From: a candidate division WOR-3 bacterium
Lineage (GTDB): Bacteria > Hydrothermota > Tepidihabitantia > Tepidihabitantales > Tepidihabitantaceae
Assembly (NCBI GenBank): GCA_016867815.1
Contig: VGIR01000004.1
Span: 488 to 64,487 of the forward strand
DNA: 64,000 nt
Reading direction: 5' to 3'
The notes beneath the pieces were generated by a model, which did not search any database, was not told the origin of the DNA, and saw nothing but the letters and a program-made list of their open reading frames with translations. This document shows positions 8,801 to 16,951 of this stretch, piece after piece. Position 1 is the first letter of the stretch; each line of letters starts with the position of its first letter. Both the position numbers and the translations under genes were made by a program.

Positions 8801-9573
8801 TTGGATTCCTCATCGAGCTTCCCTGCGGCGAGATGCAGCCGTCGCGTCGCCCGGTCCGCAACCGCCTGGTTGTGAGTCACGACCAGAATCGTCATCTTCC
8901 TTTCGTTGCTCAAGCGCACCATCAAGTCGACCAGGGCGGCCGCCGACGTCGTATCGAGGTTACCGGTCGGTTCGTCCGCCAGGATTACTGCCGGGTCGTT
9001 CACCAGCGCCCGGCCCATGGCGGCGCGCGCCTGCTCGCCGCCCGACAGCTCAGCCGGACGATGGGTCAGGCGGGAGGTGAACCCGATCTCCTCGAGTACT
9101 TTGTGCGCCCTGACCAACGCCTCGGCACGGGCAACACCCGCCACCAACAGCGGCATCGCCACATTCTCGAGAACCGTGAACTCGGAGAGCAGGTGGTGGA
9201 ACTGGAACACAAAGCCCAGTTTCCGGTTTCTCACCTCGTGCAGCTCCGACTCAGGGTAGCTGAAAACATCCAGTGAATCAAGCAGCACCCGGCCTCTGGT
9301 GGGCCGATCCAGAGCGCCGAGAACGTGCAGCAGGGTTGACTTGCCGGTGCCCGAAGGACCGAGAATGGCCACCAGGTCGCCGCGCTGCACTTCCAGATCG
9401 ACACCCCGCAGGATTTCAAGCCGCTCCGTCCCGGTTTCGAATACGCGCCAGACATCGGTCGCCTGAAGGACAGGCGTGTGGTCGAGTGGCGCCGTGGTCG
9501 AGTGGTCAAGTGCCGAACTCCCGGCCGAACACTGGTTCACTGGACCACTAGACCACTGCTTCTGCTCACTCAT
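8794..9573 (-). CDS. lolD: ABC transporter ATP-binding protein, LolD/FtsE/MacB family (lipoprotein release).
   Basis: Walker A GPSGTGKST, signature LSGGEQ, Walker B ILADEPTG. Its start overlaps the stop of the LolC/E-type permease by 8 nt. The N-terminal ~35 aa are encoded by repeat element E4, so the true start is uncertain. Confidence 0.75.
   Translation of the reverse strand: MSEQKQWSSGPVNQCSAGSSALDHSTTAPLDHTPVLQATDVWRVFETGTERLEILRGVDLEVQRGDLVAILGPSGTGKSTLLHVLGALDRPTRGRVLLDSLDVFSYPESELHEVRNRKLGFVFQFHHLLSEFTVLENVAMPLLVAGVARAEALVRAHKVLEEIGFTSRLTHRPAELSGGEQARAAMGRALVNDPAVILADEPTGNLDTTSAAALVDLMVRLSNERKMTILVVTHNQAVADRATRRLHLAAGKLDEESNH
9480..9560. repeat. Palindromic repeat element E4 (GTCTAGTG GTCCAGTG AACCAGTG, a centre, then CACTTGAC CACTCGAC CAC..CACTCGAC) inside the lolD 5' coding region.
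   Basis: Aligns with E1 in the same orientation and reading frame. Confidence 0.55.
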
Positions 9574-10789
9574 ACCTTATCGCCTCCAGCGGCACGAGCC
9601 TCGCTGCCTGCAGCGCCGGATAGATGGTGGCGGCAAAGGTAATAGCAATAGCCGAGATACAGACTAACGTCACATCCTGCACCATGACCTGCACCGGCAG
9701 GTTCTTGATGAAGTAGACGTCGCCGGGCAAAGAGACGAAGCGATACTTGTTCAGCAGCCAGCATGCGACCAGGCCGAAGACCGAACCCGTAACGGTACCG
9801 ATGATACCGATGAACCCGCCGGCCAGTATGAAGATGCGCGTCACGGTTGAGGACTTGGCCCCCATCGCTTTCAGGATACCTATCTCGCGGGTCTTGCGGA
9901 TGACCATCATCGTCAGCATGCCGATGATGTTGAACGCGGCAACCAGCACGATCAGCACCAGCACGATGAACGTAACGACCTTTTCCAGGCGCAAAGCGGT
10001 GAAGAGATTGCGGTTCTGCATTATCCAGTCGGTAGCGCGATACGGGTATCCAAGCTGCCGCGTGATGCGCCGCCCGATGCGGGCCGCAGCGTAGACGTCA
10101 CGCACGCGTAACTCGAACCCGGTAACCATTTTCTCCATGCCGAGGAACTGCTGGATTCCGGCCAGCGAAAGGTAGACGAAGCTCGAATTGTACTCGTACA
10201 TGCCGCAGTCGAAGATGCCGTTCACGACGAAGTACTTGGTGCGGGGCAGGAAGCCGAAGGCGGTCATCGTCCCGCCGAAGGGCGAAGCGAGGTTCAGCGA
10301 GTCACCGATGGAAAGCCCGAGTATACGCGCCAATTCGATGCCGATGACAACCCCGCTCGAGTCAAAGTCGAACTGCCCCTGGACAATGGTGCCGGATATG
10401 TCGGTGATATCGTCTTCGTACTCCGGATCGACGCCGCGAACCACGACACCCTCGACCCCGTTCTCGGTCCTTACCAACGTCTTGGCGTAGATGAACGGAG
10501 CGACCGACAGGACACCCGGAACCCGGGCAATCTCCTGCTGGAGCGAGTCGCCTCCGCCGGCCGGATACGGGATCGGCTCGAACGAATACTTGGCCACAAC
10601 CACATGCGGGGTAGCGCCGAGAATCCGATCCTTCAGCTCCTGGTGGAATCCGTTCTCGACCGAGAGAACGATGATGATTGCCGCAACGCCGACGAACACG
10701 CCACCCATCGCAATCGCGGTTATGCCGGAGAAAGTGCGCCTGCCCCTGCCGCGCAGGTACCGCCGCGCCATGAAGAGTTCGAATCTCAT
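9566..10789 (-). CDS. Lipoprotein-releasing system permease, LolC/LolE family (FtsX-like).
   Basis: N-terminus MRFELFMARRYLRGRGRR..., four TM segments and an FtsX-like C-terminus. Positioned in an operon with lolD. Confidence 0.8.
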   Translation of the reverse strand: MRFELFMARRYLRGRGRRTFSGITAIAMGGVFVGVAAIIIVLSVENGFHQELKDRILGATPHVVVAKYSFEPIPYPAGGGDSLQQEIARVPGVLSVAPFIYAKTLVRTENGVEGVVVRGVDPEYEDDITDISGTIVQGQFDFDSSGVVIGIELARILGLSIGDSLNLASPFGGTMTAFGFLPRTKYFVVNGIFDCGMYEYNSSFVYLSLAGIQQFLGMEKMVTGFELRVRDVYAAARIGRRITRQLGYPYRATDWIMQNRNLFTALRLEKVVTFIVLVLIVLVAAFNIIGMLTMMVIRKTREIGILKAMGAKSSTVTRIFILAGGFIGIIGTVTGSVFGLVACWLLNKYRFVSLPGDVYFIKNLPVQVMVQDVTLVCISAIAITFAATIYPALQAARLVPLEAIRYE

Positions 10790-10809
10790 GGTAGACGGAC
10801 CGGAGTCTT

Positions 10810-10888
10810 ACCACCAAGACACCAAGACACCAAGGTCGGAATCCGGCCGGCCGGAGAGATCTCTTTGTGCCTTTGTGCCTTTGTGGTG
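10810..10888. repeat. Palindromic repeat element E5 (ACCACCAAG ACACCAAG ACACCAAG, a 27-nt spacer, then CTCTTTGTG CCTTTGTG CCTTTGTGG) between lysS and the LolC/E gene, ~22 nt upstream of the permease ATG.
   Basis: Nearly identical to E2 in its arms. The distal context CTTGGTGGTRAKACTCCG..ATG is shared with mcsB. Confidence 0.65.
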
Positions 10889-10903
10889 AGAATCCTCACC
10901 GAA

Positions 10904-12451
10904 TCAGGATTCTTTCTGAGGCCGGAGTTGCGGAAAGAGAATCACGTCTCTGATGGTCGGTGAGTTCGTCAGCAGCATGGCAATCCGGTCAATCCCCAGT
11001 CCGAGGCCGCCGGTCGGCGGCATGCCGAACTCGAGCGCGGTGCAGTAGTCCTCGTCCACCGTCGCAAACTCCTCATTCAGAGCCACGCCCTCCTCGAACC
11101 GCTCCCGCTGCTCGGCCGGGTCGTTCAGCTCAGAGAACGCGTTGCCCAGTTCCATGCCGCATACCACCGGCTCGAACCGCTCGACCAGTTCCGGGTTGTC
11201 GCGGTGGCTCTTGGCCAGCGGCGTCGTCACCTTCGGATGGTCCATCACGAAGGTCGGGTCAATGATGTGGTCCTGTATCAGCTCGGAGAAGAGCTTGTCC
11301 AGCAGCTTGGCGCGGGAAATGTCCTCCGTGGTCTGAACGTTGAAGCGCGCCGCGACCTTCCTCAGCATCGGCATGGAGAGCTTCATCGGGTCCGTCTCAA
11401 TCCGCGCTGCCAGCGTGTCCACGAATTTCATCCGCTGCCAGGGTCTGCCGAAATCAACGATGTGGTCGCCGAACGGTAGCTCCGTCTTGCCGCAGACCTC
11501 CATGGCGAGGAACTTGAACAGCTCCTCGACCAGCGCGAGCACGTCATTGTAGTCGGCATAGGCCCAGTAGAGCTCCATCTGGGTGAACTCGGGATTGTGC
11601 GTCCGGTCCAGTCCCTCGTTGCGGAAATCCTTGCCGATTTCGAAGACCTTCTCCAACCCGCCGACGATCAGCCGCTTCAGGTACAGCTCGTCGGAAATCC
11701 GCATGAACATCTTCTGCTCGAGCACGTTGTAGAATGTCTCAAACGGACGGGCTGCGGCACCGCCGTAGATCGGCTGCAGAATCGGCGTCTCGACCTCGGC
11801 AAACCCGCGCTCGGAAAGGAACCGCCGCACGAGCCCGGTGATCTTGGTCCGATTCAGCAGCACCTGCCGCGACTCCTGATTGACAATAAGGTCAACGTAG
11901 CGCTGCCGATAGCGCATTTCGACATCTGTCAGACCGTGGAACTTCTCCGGCAGCGGATGTAGCGACTTTGTGAGGAGAACCAGTTCCTTCACGTTGACCG
12001 TCACCTCCCCGGTCTTGGTGCGGAACATCTCGCCCCGCGCTCCCACGAAGTCGCCTAGGTCGAGCAGACCAAGGTTCGCGAACGCCTGCTCGCCCAGGGT
12101 GTCCTTCCGCAGGTAGAGCTGCAGTCTCCCGGTTTCGTCCTGGATGTGGCCGAACTGGGTCTTCCCGTGCTCCCGCCGCGACATCAGCCTGCCCGCAACG
12201 CTCACTGCGAACAGGGGCGTGGGCAGAGGGGCTGTACCGGATTGCGGCGCTCCTGGCGCCGGAGACTGTCCCTGCCCGCTCAGATCCTCGAACTCCGCTA
12301 TCGCCTTCGCATTCGTGTGGGTCCGTTCCCACTTGTACGCGTAAGGATTGACACCGGCCTCGCGCAACTTCGCGAGTTTGCCGAGCCTGACTTCGCGGTC
12401 ATGGCCGCTGGTCTGAGTCGGTGGTTGTTGCTCCTGTGGGTTGTCGCTCAT
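10904..12451 (-). CDS. lysS: Lysine--tRNA ligase (class II).
   Basis: Class II aaRS motifs throughout (FRNEG, GGLGLGIDR...). About 505 aa with a typical OB-fold N-domain. Confidence 0.9.
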   Translation of the reverse strand: MSDNPQEQQPPTQTSGHDREVRLGKLAKLREAGVNPYAYKWERTHTNAKAIAEFEDLSGQGQSPAPGAPQSGTAPLPTPLFAVSVAGRLMSRREHGKTQFGHIQDETGRLQLYLRKDTLGEQAFANLGLLDLGDFVGARGEMFRTKTGEVTVNVKELVLLTKSLHPLPEKFHGLTDVEMRYRQRYVDLIVNQESRQVLLNRTKITGLVRRFLSERGFAEVETPILQPIYGGAAARPFETFYNVLEQKMFMRISDELYLKRLIVGGLEKVFEIGKDFRNEGLDRTHNPEFTQMELYWAYADYNDVLALVEELFKFLAMEVCGKTELPFGDHIVDFGRPWQRMKFVDTLAARIETDPMKLSMPMLRKVAARFNVQTTEDISRAKLLDKLFSELIQDHIIDPTFVMDHPKVTTPLAKSHRDNPELVERFEPVVCGMELGNAFSELNDPAEQRERFEEGVALNEEFATVDEDYCTALEFGMPPTGGLGLGIDRIAMLLTNSPTIRDVILFPQLRPQKES

Positions 12452-12524
12452 CGGGCAAGACTATATCCGTGTCAGAGGCGAAGTCAAACAGACGAAGAAG
12501 AGATCGACGCCGGGACAGGCACCT

Positions 12525-12552
12525 ACCACCAAGTCACAAAGACACAAAGATG
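12525..12552. repeat. Partial element E6 (CCACCAAG TCACAAAG ACACAAAG) upstream of lysS.
   Basis: Only one arm type is clearly present. Confidence 0.4.
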
Positions 12553-12588
12553 GATCTGGAAGCAGCCGCTACCGATGCACGCGCAAGG

Positions 12589-13407
12589 CTACTTCTTCTT
12601 GTGCCCGCTGGCAACGAGCCAGCTCCGCTCAACAACTCCCCAAACCGGATTGTCCGCATCGTGCTGCAGAAGCTCTCCATAGACACGCCAAGGCCGACTC
12701 CGACTCCAGAACTGCAGGCTCTGAACTATTCGGCGTTCGGCAGGCTGTGCACGCAGTCCAATCTCGCCCCCCGACTCAGTCCGGACCTGGTAGACAATGC
12801 CGCGCGGTCTGACGACGCGCCCTCCGACGGTGTCCCCTTCATCGAGCAGACGCTGGACCGATGCGGCGTCGGCGACGCCCGATATCTCGCGTTGCCACGC
12901 CGCGTAGTCCTCAAGCTTCCTGGGCTGGAACATAGTATCTACTTCCTCCGGCTTCAGCGGAAACCTGGGGAGGCACTGCTCGCCGCCAAACAGAGCGCCG
13001 ACCAAACCGGAGGCGCTCACCACGGTCTCCGGAGCGACATTGTCGCGTGGTCCGGAGAACAGAACCTGACGAACAACGAGCCAGTTGTCCGTACGAACGT
13101 ACCACACAAAGTCGTCCCTGGATGTCCCGTTTCGACGATCCTGGGCTTCGGCCCGCAGCACGTAGCAGTCCTGTTGTTCGACCGTCTCGACGCCGGCTAC
13201 ACAATATCGTTTGTAGCTGCAGCCGGAGTCAACCGCAGGATCGACTCTTGCCGGCTCCCAGGTCTTGACCACCCACCAGTCGCCCACTCGCCACCTGGGA
13301 GCAAAGTTCATCTTCCCGCCCGCGGTGAACTGCCGCGCGCATGCCGCGACAGCCAACGCGGTCAGGGCGACTCTCGTCCAACGCACGACACCAGTGTATA
13401 ACGACAC
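12589..13407 (-). CDS. Hypothetical secreted lipoprotein.
   Basis: Signal peptide with a lipobox (LAVAAC). No recognisable domain. Confidence 0.5.
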   Translation of the reverse strand: MSLYTGVVRWTRVALTALAVAACARQFTAGGKMNFAPRWRVGDWWVVKTWEPARVDPAVDSGCSYKRYCVAGVETVEQQDCYVLRAEAQDRRNGTSRDDFVWYVRTDNWLVVRQVLFSGPRDNVAPETVVSASGLVGALFGGEQCLPRFPLKPEEVDTMFQPRKLEDYAAWQREISGVADAASVQRLLDEGDTVGGRVVRPRGIVYQVRTESGGEIGLRAQPAERRIVQSLQFWSRSRPWRVYGELLQHDADNPVWGVVERSWLVASGHKKK

Positions 13408-13508
13408 AGACTGCTGTCAAACCACTTGTCGAGGGACAATCCCTAGCCGCCCGAGGAGGCTGGCCGCGAAGTTAGGCGCATGGCGAAGTCGGGATGATGA
13501 GACATGTT

Positions 13509-13760
13509 CGTATCACTATGCCGAGGGCGTTTTCGGTCCTATGTGCCTGAGGATTAGGGCGTTAGGCGGCATCGAGCCGAAATGACCCCCCCCGCCCCGG
13601 GGACTGCTCGGGGGATAGCCAGCCATGTCGTTTGTATCGCTGTATCGGACATCGTTCGGCAGACAGTCTCGGACACGGTCTGGGAGAGTCCTTGGTCCGT
13701 TGTCCCGGAGGCAGTGCGGCAAGCTGCGTGCATCGTTGCTTCGTGCGTCGTTTGGGGAAA
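13509..13760 (+). ncRNA. Conserved noncoding element, copy 1 (candidate sRNA, 5' leader or cis-regulatory element; not identified in any known family).
   Basis: About 230 nt that align at ~70% identity with 30006-30236 (shared blocks CCTATGTG..TGAGG..TTAGGC..CGAAATGACCCC, a CATCGTT/TCGNTGTA repeat block, CAGACAGTC, GAGAGTCCTTGGTCC). Lies in a 680-bp ORF-free divergent intergenic region. Strand not established. Confidence 0.3.
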
Positions 13761-13969
13761 AGCAGAGATAGTATGCAGCAGGCAGTAGACAGGACTGCCG
13801 GGCACGCAGACGGGCACGTCGTTCTGCACGTTGCTTCCGCCGCAATCCGGAACGCAGCCTGCGAGGCGGTTCGCGGGGTTGCGCCCGGAGTCATGTCCTT
13901 TTCCGTGACCCGAGTCCCACGATGAGAGGTCTTCCCGAATCCAGCCTGCGGCGTGAGTCCATCACCGGC

Positions 13970-13997
13970 TTGACATGGCGTACCGGGGCGATAGCAT
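13970..13997 (+). promoter_or_regulatory. Putative sigma70-type promoter (TTGACA-N16-TAGCAT) for the CARDB cargo gene.
   Basis: Read directly from the sequence, ~125 nt upstream of the ATG at 14121. Strong SD AAGGAGGT 7 nt before the ATG. Confidence 0.35.
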
Positions 13998-14120
13998 GAC
14001 CCGTTCACGGGCTGCGGTCCTTTGCAGCCGTGAGCGGCATACGCCGGCAGGCCGCGTGGCAAGGCTGTCTGCGGTGGCGACCGGCGGGTGCGCAACGCCA
14101 GTCAGCACGAAGGAGGTCGG

Positions 14121-16343
14121 ATGATTCAGGCAGTTCGCAAGGCAGTGACCGTGACAATGCTAGTCCTGCTGTTCGTTGCCGCTGGAGCATCGGCAGCGAC
14201 GTCGGAAGCGTCGGCGATCGAGAAGGCCAAGGCGGCAGCATACGCGGCCGCGTTCGACGCGCCCGGGGCTGACCCGCTCGAGTTGAGCGGCGGGCCGGAC
14301 GACTACGGGTACATCTTCAAAGACGAGACCGACAGCGGCGGTCCGGCCTACGACTGGATTGACACCGTCGGTGCAACCAGCCTGGATATCACGGGCGACG
14401 ATACATTCACTGTGGTCGCGCTGCCTTTCACCTTCTCGTTCTACGGCGCGGACTTTGACTACTGCCACCCCTCCACCAATGGCCAGATGGGGCTCGGCAG
14501 CGGCATCCGGGCCTACGCCAACTCCGAGCTTCCGACCACCAATCTCCCCGCCAGTCACCTGTGCCCCTACTGGGACGACCTGTACGTGGACACCAGCTCC
14601 AAGGTCCTCTACAAGACCGTGGGCACTGCCCCGAACCGGCAGTTCGCCGTCATCTGGGACAGCGTCCGCACGCTCAGCAGCAGCTATCGTCTCGTGTTCG
14701 AAGCCATCCTGGGTGAGTCAGACAACAGCATCACCTACCAGTACCGCTACCTGGACACGAACGCGCAGGGCCAGTCCGCCACAATCGGCGAACAGCAGGC
14801 CCAGACCGGCAACCGCTACCTGCAGTATTCGTACAACACGGCGTCGCTGACCGCCGGGCGCGCCATCAAGTTCTGGCGTCCGGAGATGACGGCCGACGTC
14901 GGCACTCACCGGATTGTCGCGCCCAACGGCGTCCACCTGATGGACACGATTCAGCCGGAGGCCGTCATCAAGAACTACGGGACTGCTGCCCAATCCAACT
15001 TCGGGGTCAGGCTCGACATCGGCACCGGCTATACCAGCACGGTGAACGTACCCGGTCCGGTTGCGCCCGGAGATACCGTCGTCGTCAACACGTTCACCCC
15101 CTGGGTCCCGACTGCCATGGGCCCGTACGCGGTCGCCTGCTCGACCCAACTCAGCGGCGACCTGTTCGAGAGGAACGACAAGGCGACCGCGAGCGCGATG
15201 ATTGTGAGCCTGGTCGAGCACTTTGAGCCGACCAACGGCGGCTACGTGCCGACTCCGGACTCGGGCCACTGGGCGTGGCGCGAACCGGCGTACCCGCGGC
15301 CGGCGCCGCCGTCGTCACCCAATGTGTGGACCATCCCGGACTCCGGTGCCTATCAGACATACGAAAGCAGCTACGTGGCATCCTGCAAGTACGTCGCCAC
15401 CCTGGACTCCCCGCAGGTCATGTTCGACCACCGGTTGTACGTCGAGCCGAACTTCGACGGCGGCAACGTATCCTACTCAACCGACCATGGCTCGACTTGG
15501 ACTGTCATCTTCCCGGACGGCACCCGGCCCTACGACTCTCTCCGTTCCGGGCAGTGGGGCTACACCGGCACCGTCCCCTGGGAACTGGCCACGTTCCGTG
15601 TCCCGGTCCTGCAGGACAGCGGGTTCAAGCTGCGCTGGAAGTTCATGACTGACCTTTCGGTCCAATACCAGGGCGGCTGGATGATTGACGACTTCGCCGG
15701 CATCGGCATCGCCAGGCTCGCGGCCGACGTCGGCGTCGTACAGACACTCGCGCCGGCCGAGTCGGTCTACTTCGGTGACACGATCGCCCCGCGTGCCGTA
15801 GTCCAGAACTTCGGTAGCGCGGAGCAGACGTTCGTGGTTCGGTTCTCGGTCGGCGACGGCTATGGGGACTCGGACTCGATGACGCTTGCTCCCGGCCTGA
15901 CGGACACGGTTGAGTTCGCGGACTGGACTCCGGAATCGCTCGGGACCTTCAGCGTCACCTGCTCGACCGAACTGGCCGGTGATATGGACCAGGCCAATGA
16001 CGCAGTCCATGGCTCGGCTACGGTCATGCCGTTCGTTGGGGTGGCCGAACAACCCCGCCTTGCCCGCGCCTTCTCACTGGACAATGCGCTGCCGAACCCG
16101 TTCACCGGCAGCACAACCATCCGTTTCGGCGTCACGCGCCGGGAGCAGGTGTGTGTGAGCGTCTACTCCGCCGCCGGTACGCTCGTTCGGACGCTCTGCA
16201 ACTCCGACCTGGTTCCGGGATACCACTCGCTTGCCTGGGACGGCCGGGACGCACGGGGGCACGCGGCCGGAGCCGGCGTGTACCTGATGCGGATGAAGAC
16301 CGACGTCTTCACCGCCACGCGCAAACTGGTCCTGCAGCGCTAG
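14121..16343 (+). CDS. Secreted CARDB-domain protein with a T9SS C-terminal sorting domain.
   Basis: Signal peptide MIQAVRKAVTVTMLVLLFVAAGASA. CARDB-like modules (..VIKNYGTAAQSNFGV..). C-terminus NPFTGSTTIRFGV...GVYLMRMKTDVFTATRKLVLQR matches the Por_Secre_tail/T9SS CTD pattern. Confidence 0.8.
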   Translation: MIQAVRKAVTVTMLVLLFVAAGASAATSEASAIEKAKAAAYAAAFDAPGADPLELSGGPDDYGYIFKDETDSGGPAYDWIDTVGATSLDITGDDTFTVVALPFTFSFYGADFDYCHPSTNGQMGLGSGIRAYANSELPTTNLPASHLCPYWDDLYVDTSSKVLYKTVGTAPNRQFAVIWDSVRTLSSSYRLVFEAILGESDNSITYQYRYLDTNAQGQSATIGEQQAQTGNRYLQYSYNTASLTAGRAIKFWRPEMTADVGTHRIVAPNGVHLMDTIQPEAVIKNYGTAAQSNFGVRLDIGTGYTSTVNVPGPVAPGDTVVVNTFTPWVPTAMGPYAVACSTQLSGDLFERNDKATASAMIVSLVEHFEPTNGGYVPTPDSGHWAWREPAYPRPAPPSSPNVWTIPDSGAYQTYESSYVASCKYVATLDSPQVMFDHRLYVEPNFDGGNVSYSTDHGSTWTVIFPDGTRPYDSLRSGQWGYTGTVPWELATFRVPVLQDSGFKLRWKFMTDLSVQYQGGWMIDDFAGIGIARLAADVGVVQTLAPAESVYFGDTIAPRAVVQNFGSAEQTFVVRFSVGDGYGDSDSMTLAPGLTDTVEFADWTPESLGTFSVTCSTELAGDMDQANDAVHGSATVMPFVGVAEQPRLARAFSLDNALPNPFTGSTTIRFGVTRREQVCVSVYSAAGTLVRTLCNSDLVPGYHSLAWDGRDARGHAAGAGVYLMRMKTDVFTATRKLVLQR

Positions 16344-16371
16344 TCAGCATCCGACAGCAGCAGTCGGCAGG

Positions 16372-16389
16372 GGCGGGCGCAAGCCCGCC
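16372..16389 (+). terminator. GC-rich GNRA-tetraloop hairpin (GGCGGGC GCAA GCCCGCC) immediately after the cargo-gene stop. Likely an intrinsic terminator without a U-tract.
   Basis: Perfect 7-bp stem with a GCAA loop. A near-identical hairpin follows the 27532-29889 gene. Confidence 0.4.
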
Positions 16390-16432
16390 TCTTGCTGGAC
16401 AGGTCGCGGGCTGTAGCCTACACTCTACAGAG

Positions 16433-16951
16433 ATGGGTCGCATCCTCTGTATAGACTACGGCGAGCGGCATACGGGCGTTGCGGTCTCTGACCCGACGCG
16501 AACCATCGCGCAAGCTTTGCCGACCATCCATCACTCGAGCAAACGCGAGCTGCTGGAAGCGCTTAGGCGGCTCATTGCCGAGCAGGAGGTGACTGAGGTC
16601 GTCATCGGCCTGCCGGTGGCTCAATCCGGCAAGCCGAGCCGTCGGTCCGAGCAGGTGCGGAGTTTCGCCGGGCAACTGAGGAAGGCAACCGGCCTGTCTG
16701 TGGCGACGTTCGATGAACGCTTCTCGACCGCCCGAGCGACCGAGGTGCTGGAGGAGATGTCGGGCGGCCGCGACCTCGCGCCCGGCAAGCGCGCAGCCAC
16801 CGGCCGGAACCGGAAGCGCCGCGAAGCCGTGGACCGGATAGCCGCGACCATCATCCTTGAAGACTACCTGGCTGAGATGGGGGACCGCACGAAGAACCCA
16901 GAATCCAGAGTCCAGAATCCAGAATCCAGAAGTACCGGAGCCGGGGCGTGA
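16433..16951 (+). CDS. ruvX: Holliday-junction resolvase-like protein YqgF/RuvX.
   Basis: MGRILCIDYGERHTGVAVSD... RNase-H-like YqgF motif. The C-terminal tail KNPESRVQNPESRST is encoded by an 11-bp tandem repeat (CAGAATCCAGA x3). Confidence 0.75.
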   Translation: MGRILCIDYGERHTGVAVSDPTRTIAQALPTIHHSSKRELLEALRRLIAEQEVTEVVIGLPVAQSGKPSRRSEQVRSFAGQLRKATGLSVATFDERFSTARATEVLEEMSGGRDLAPGKRAATGRNRKRREAVDRIAATIILEDYLAEMGDRTKNPESRVQNPESRSTGAGA

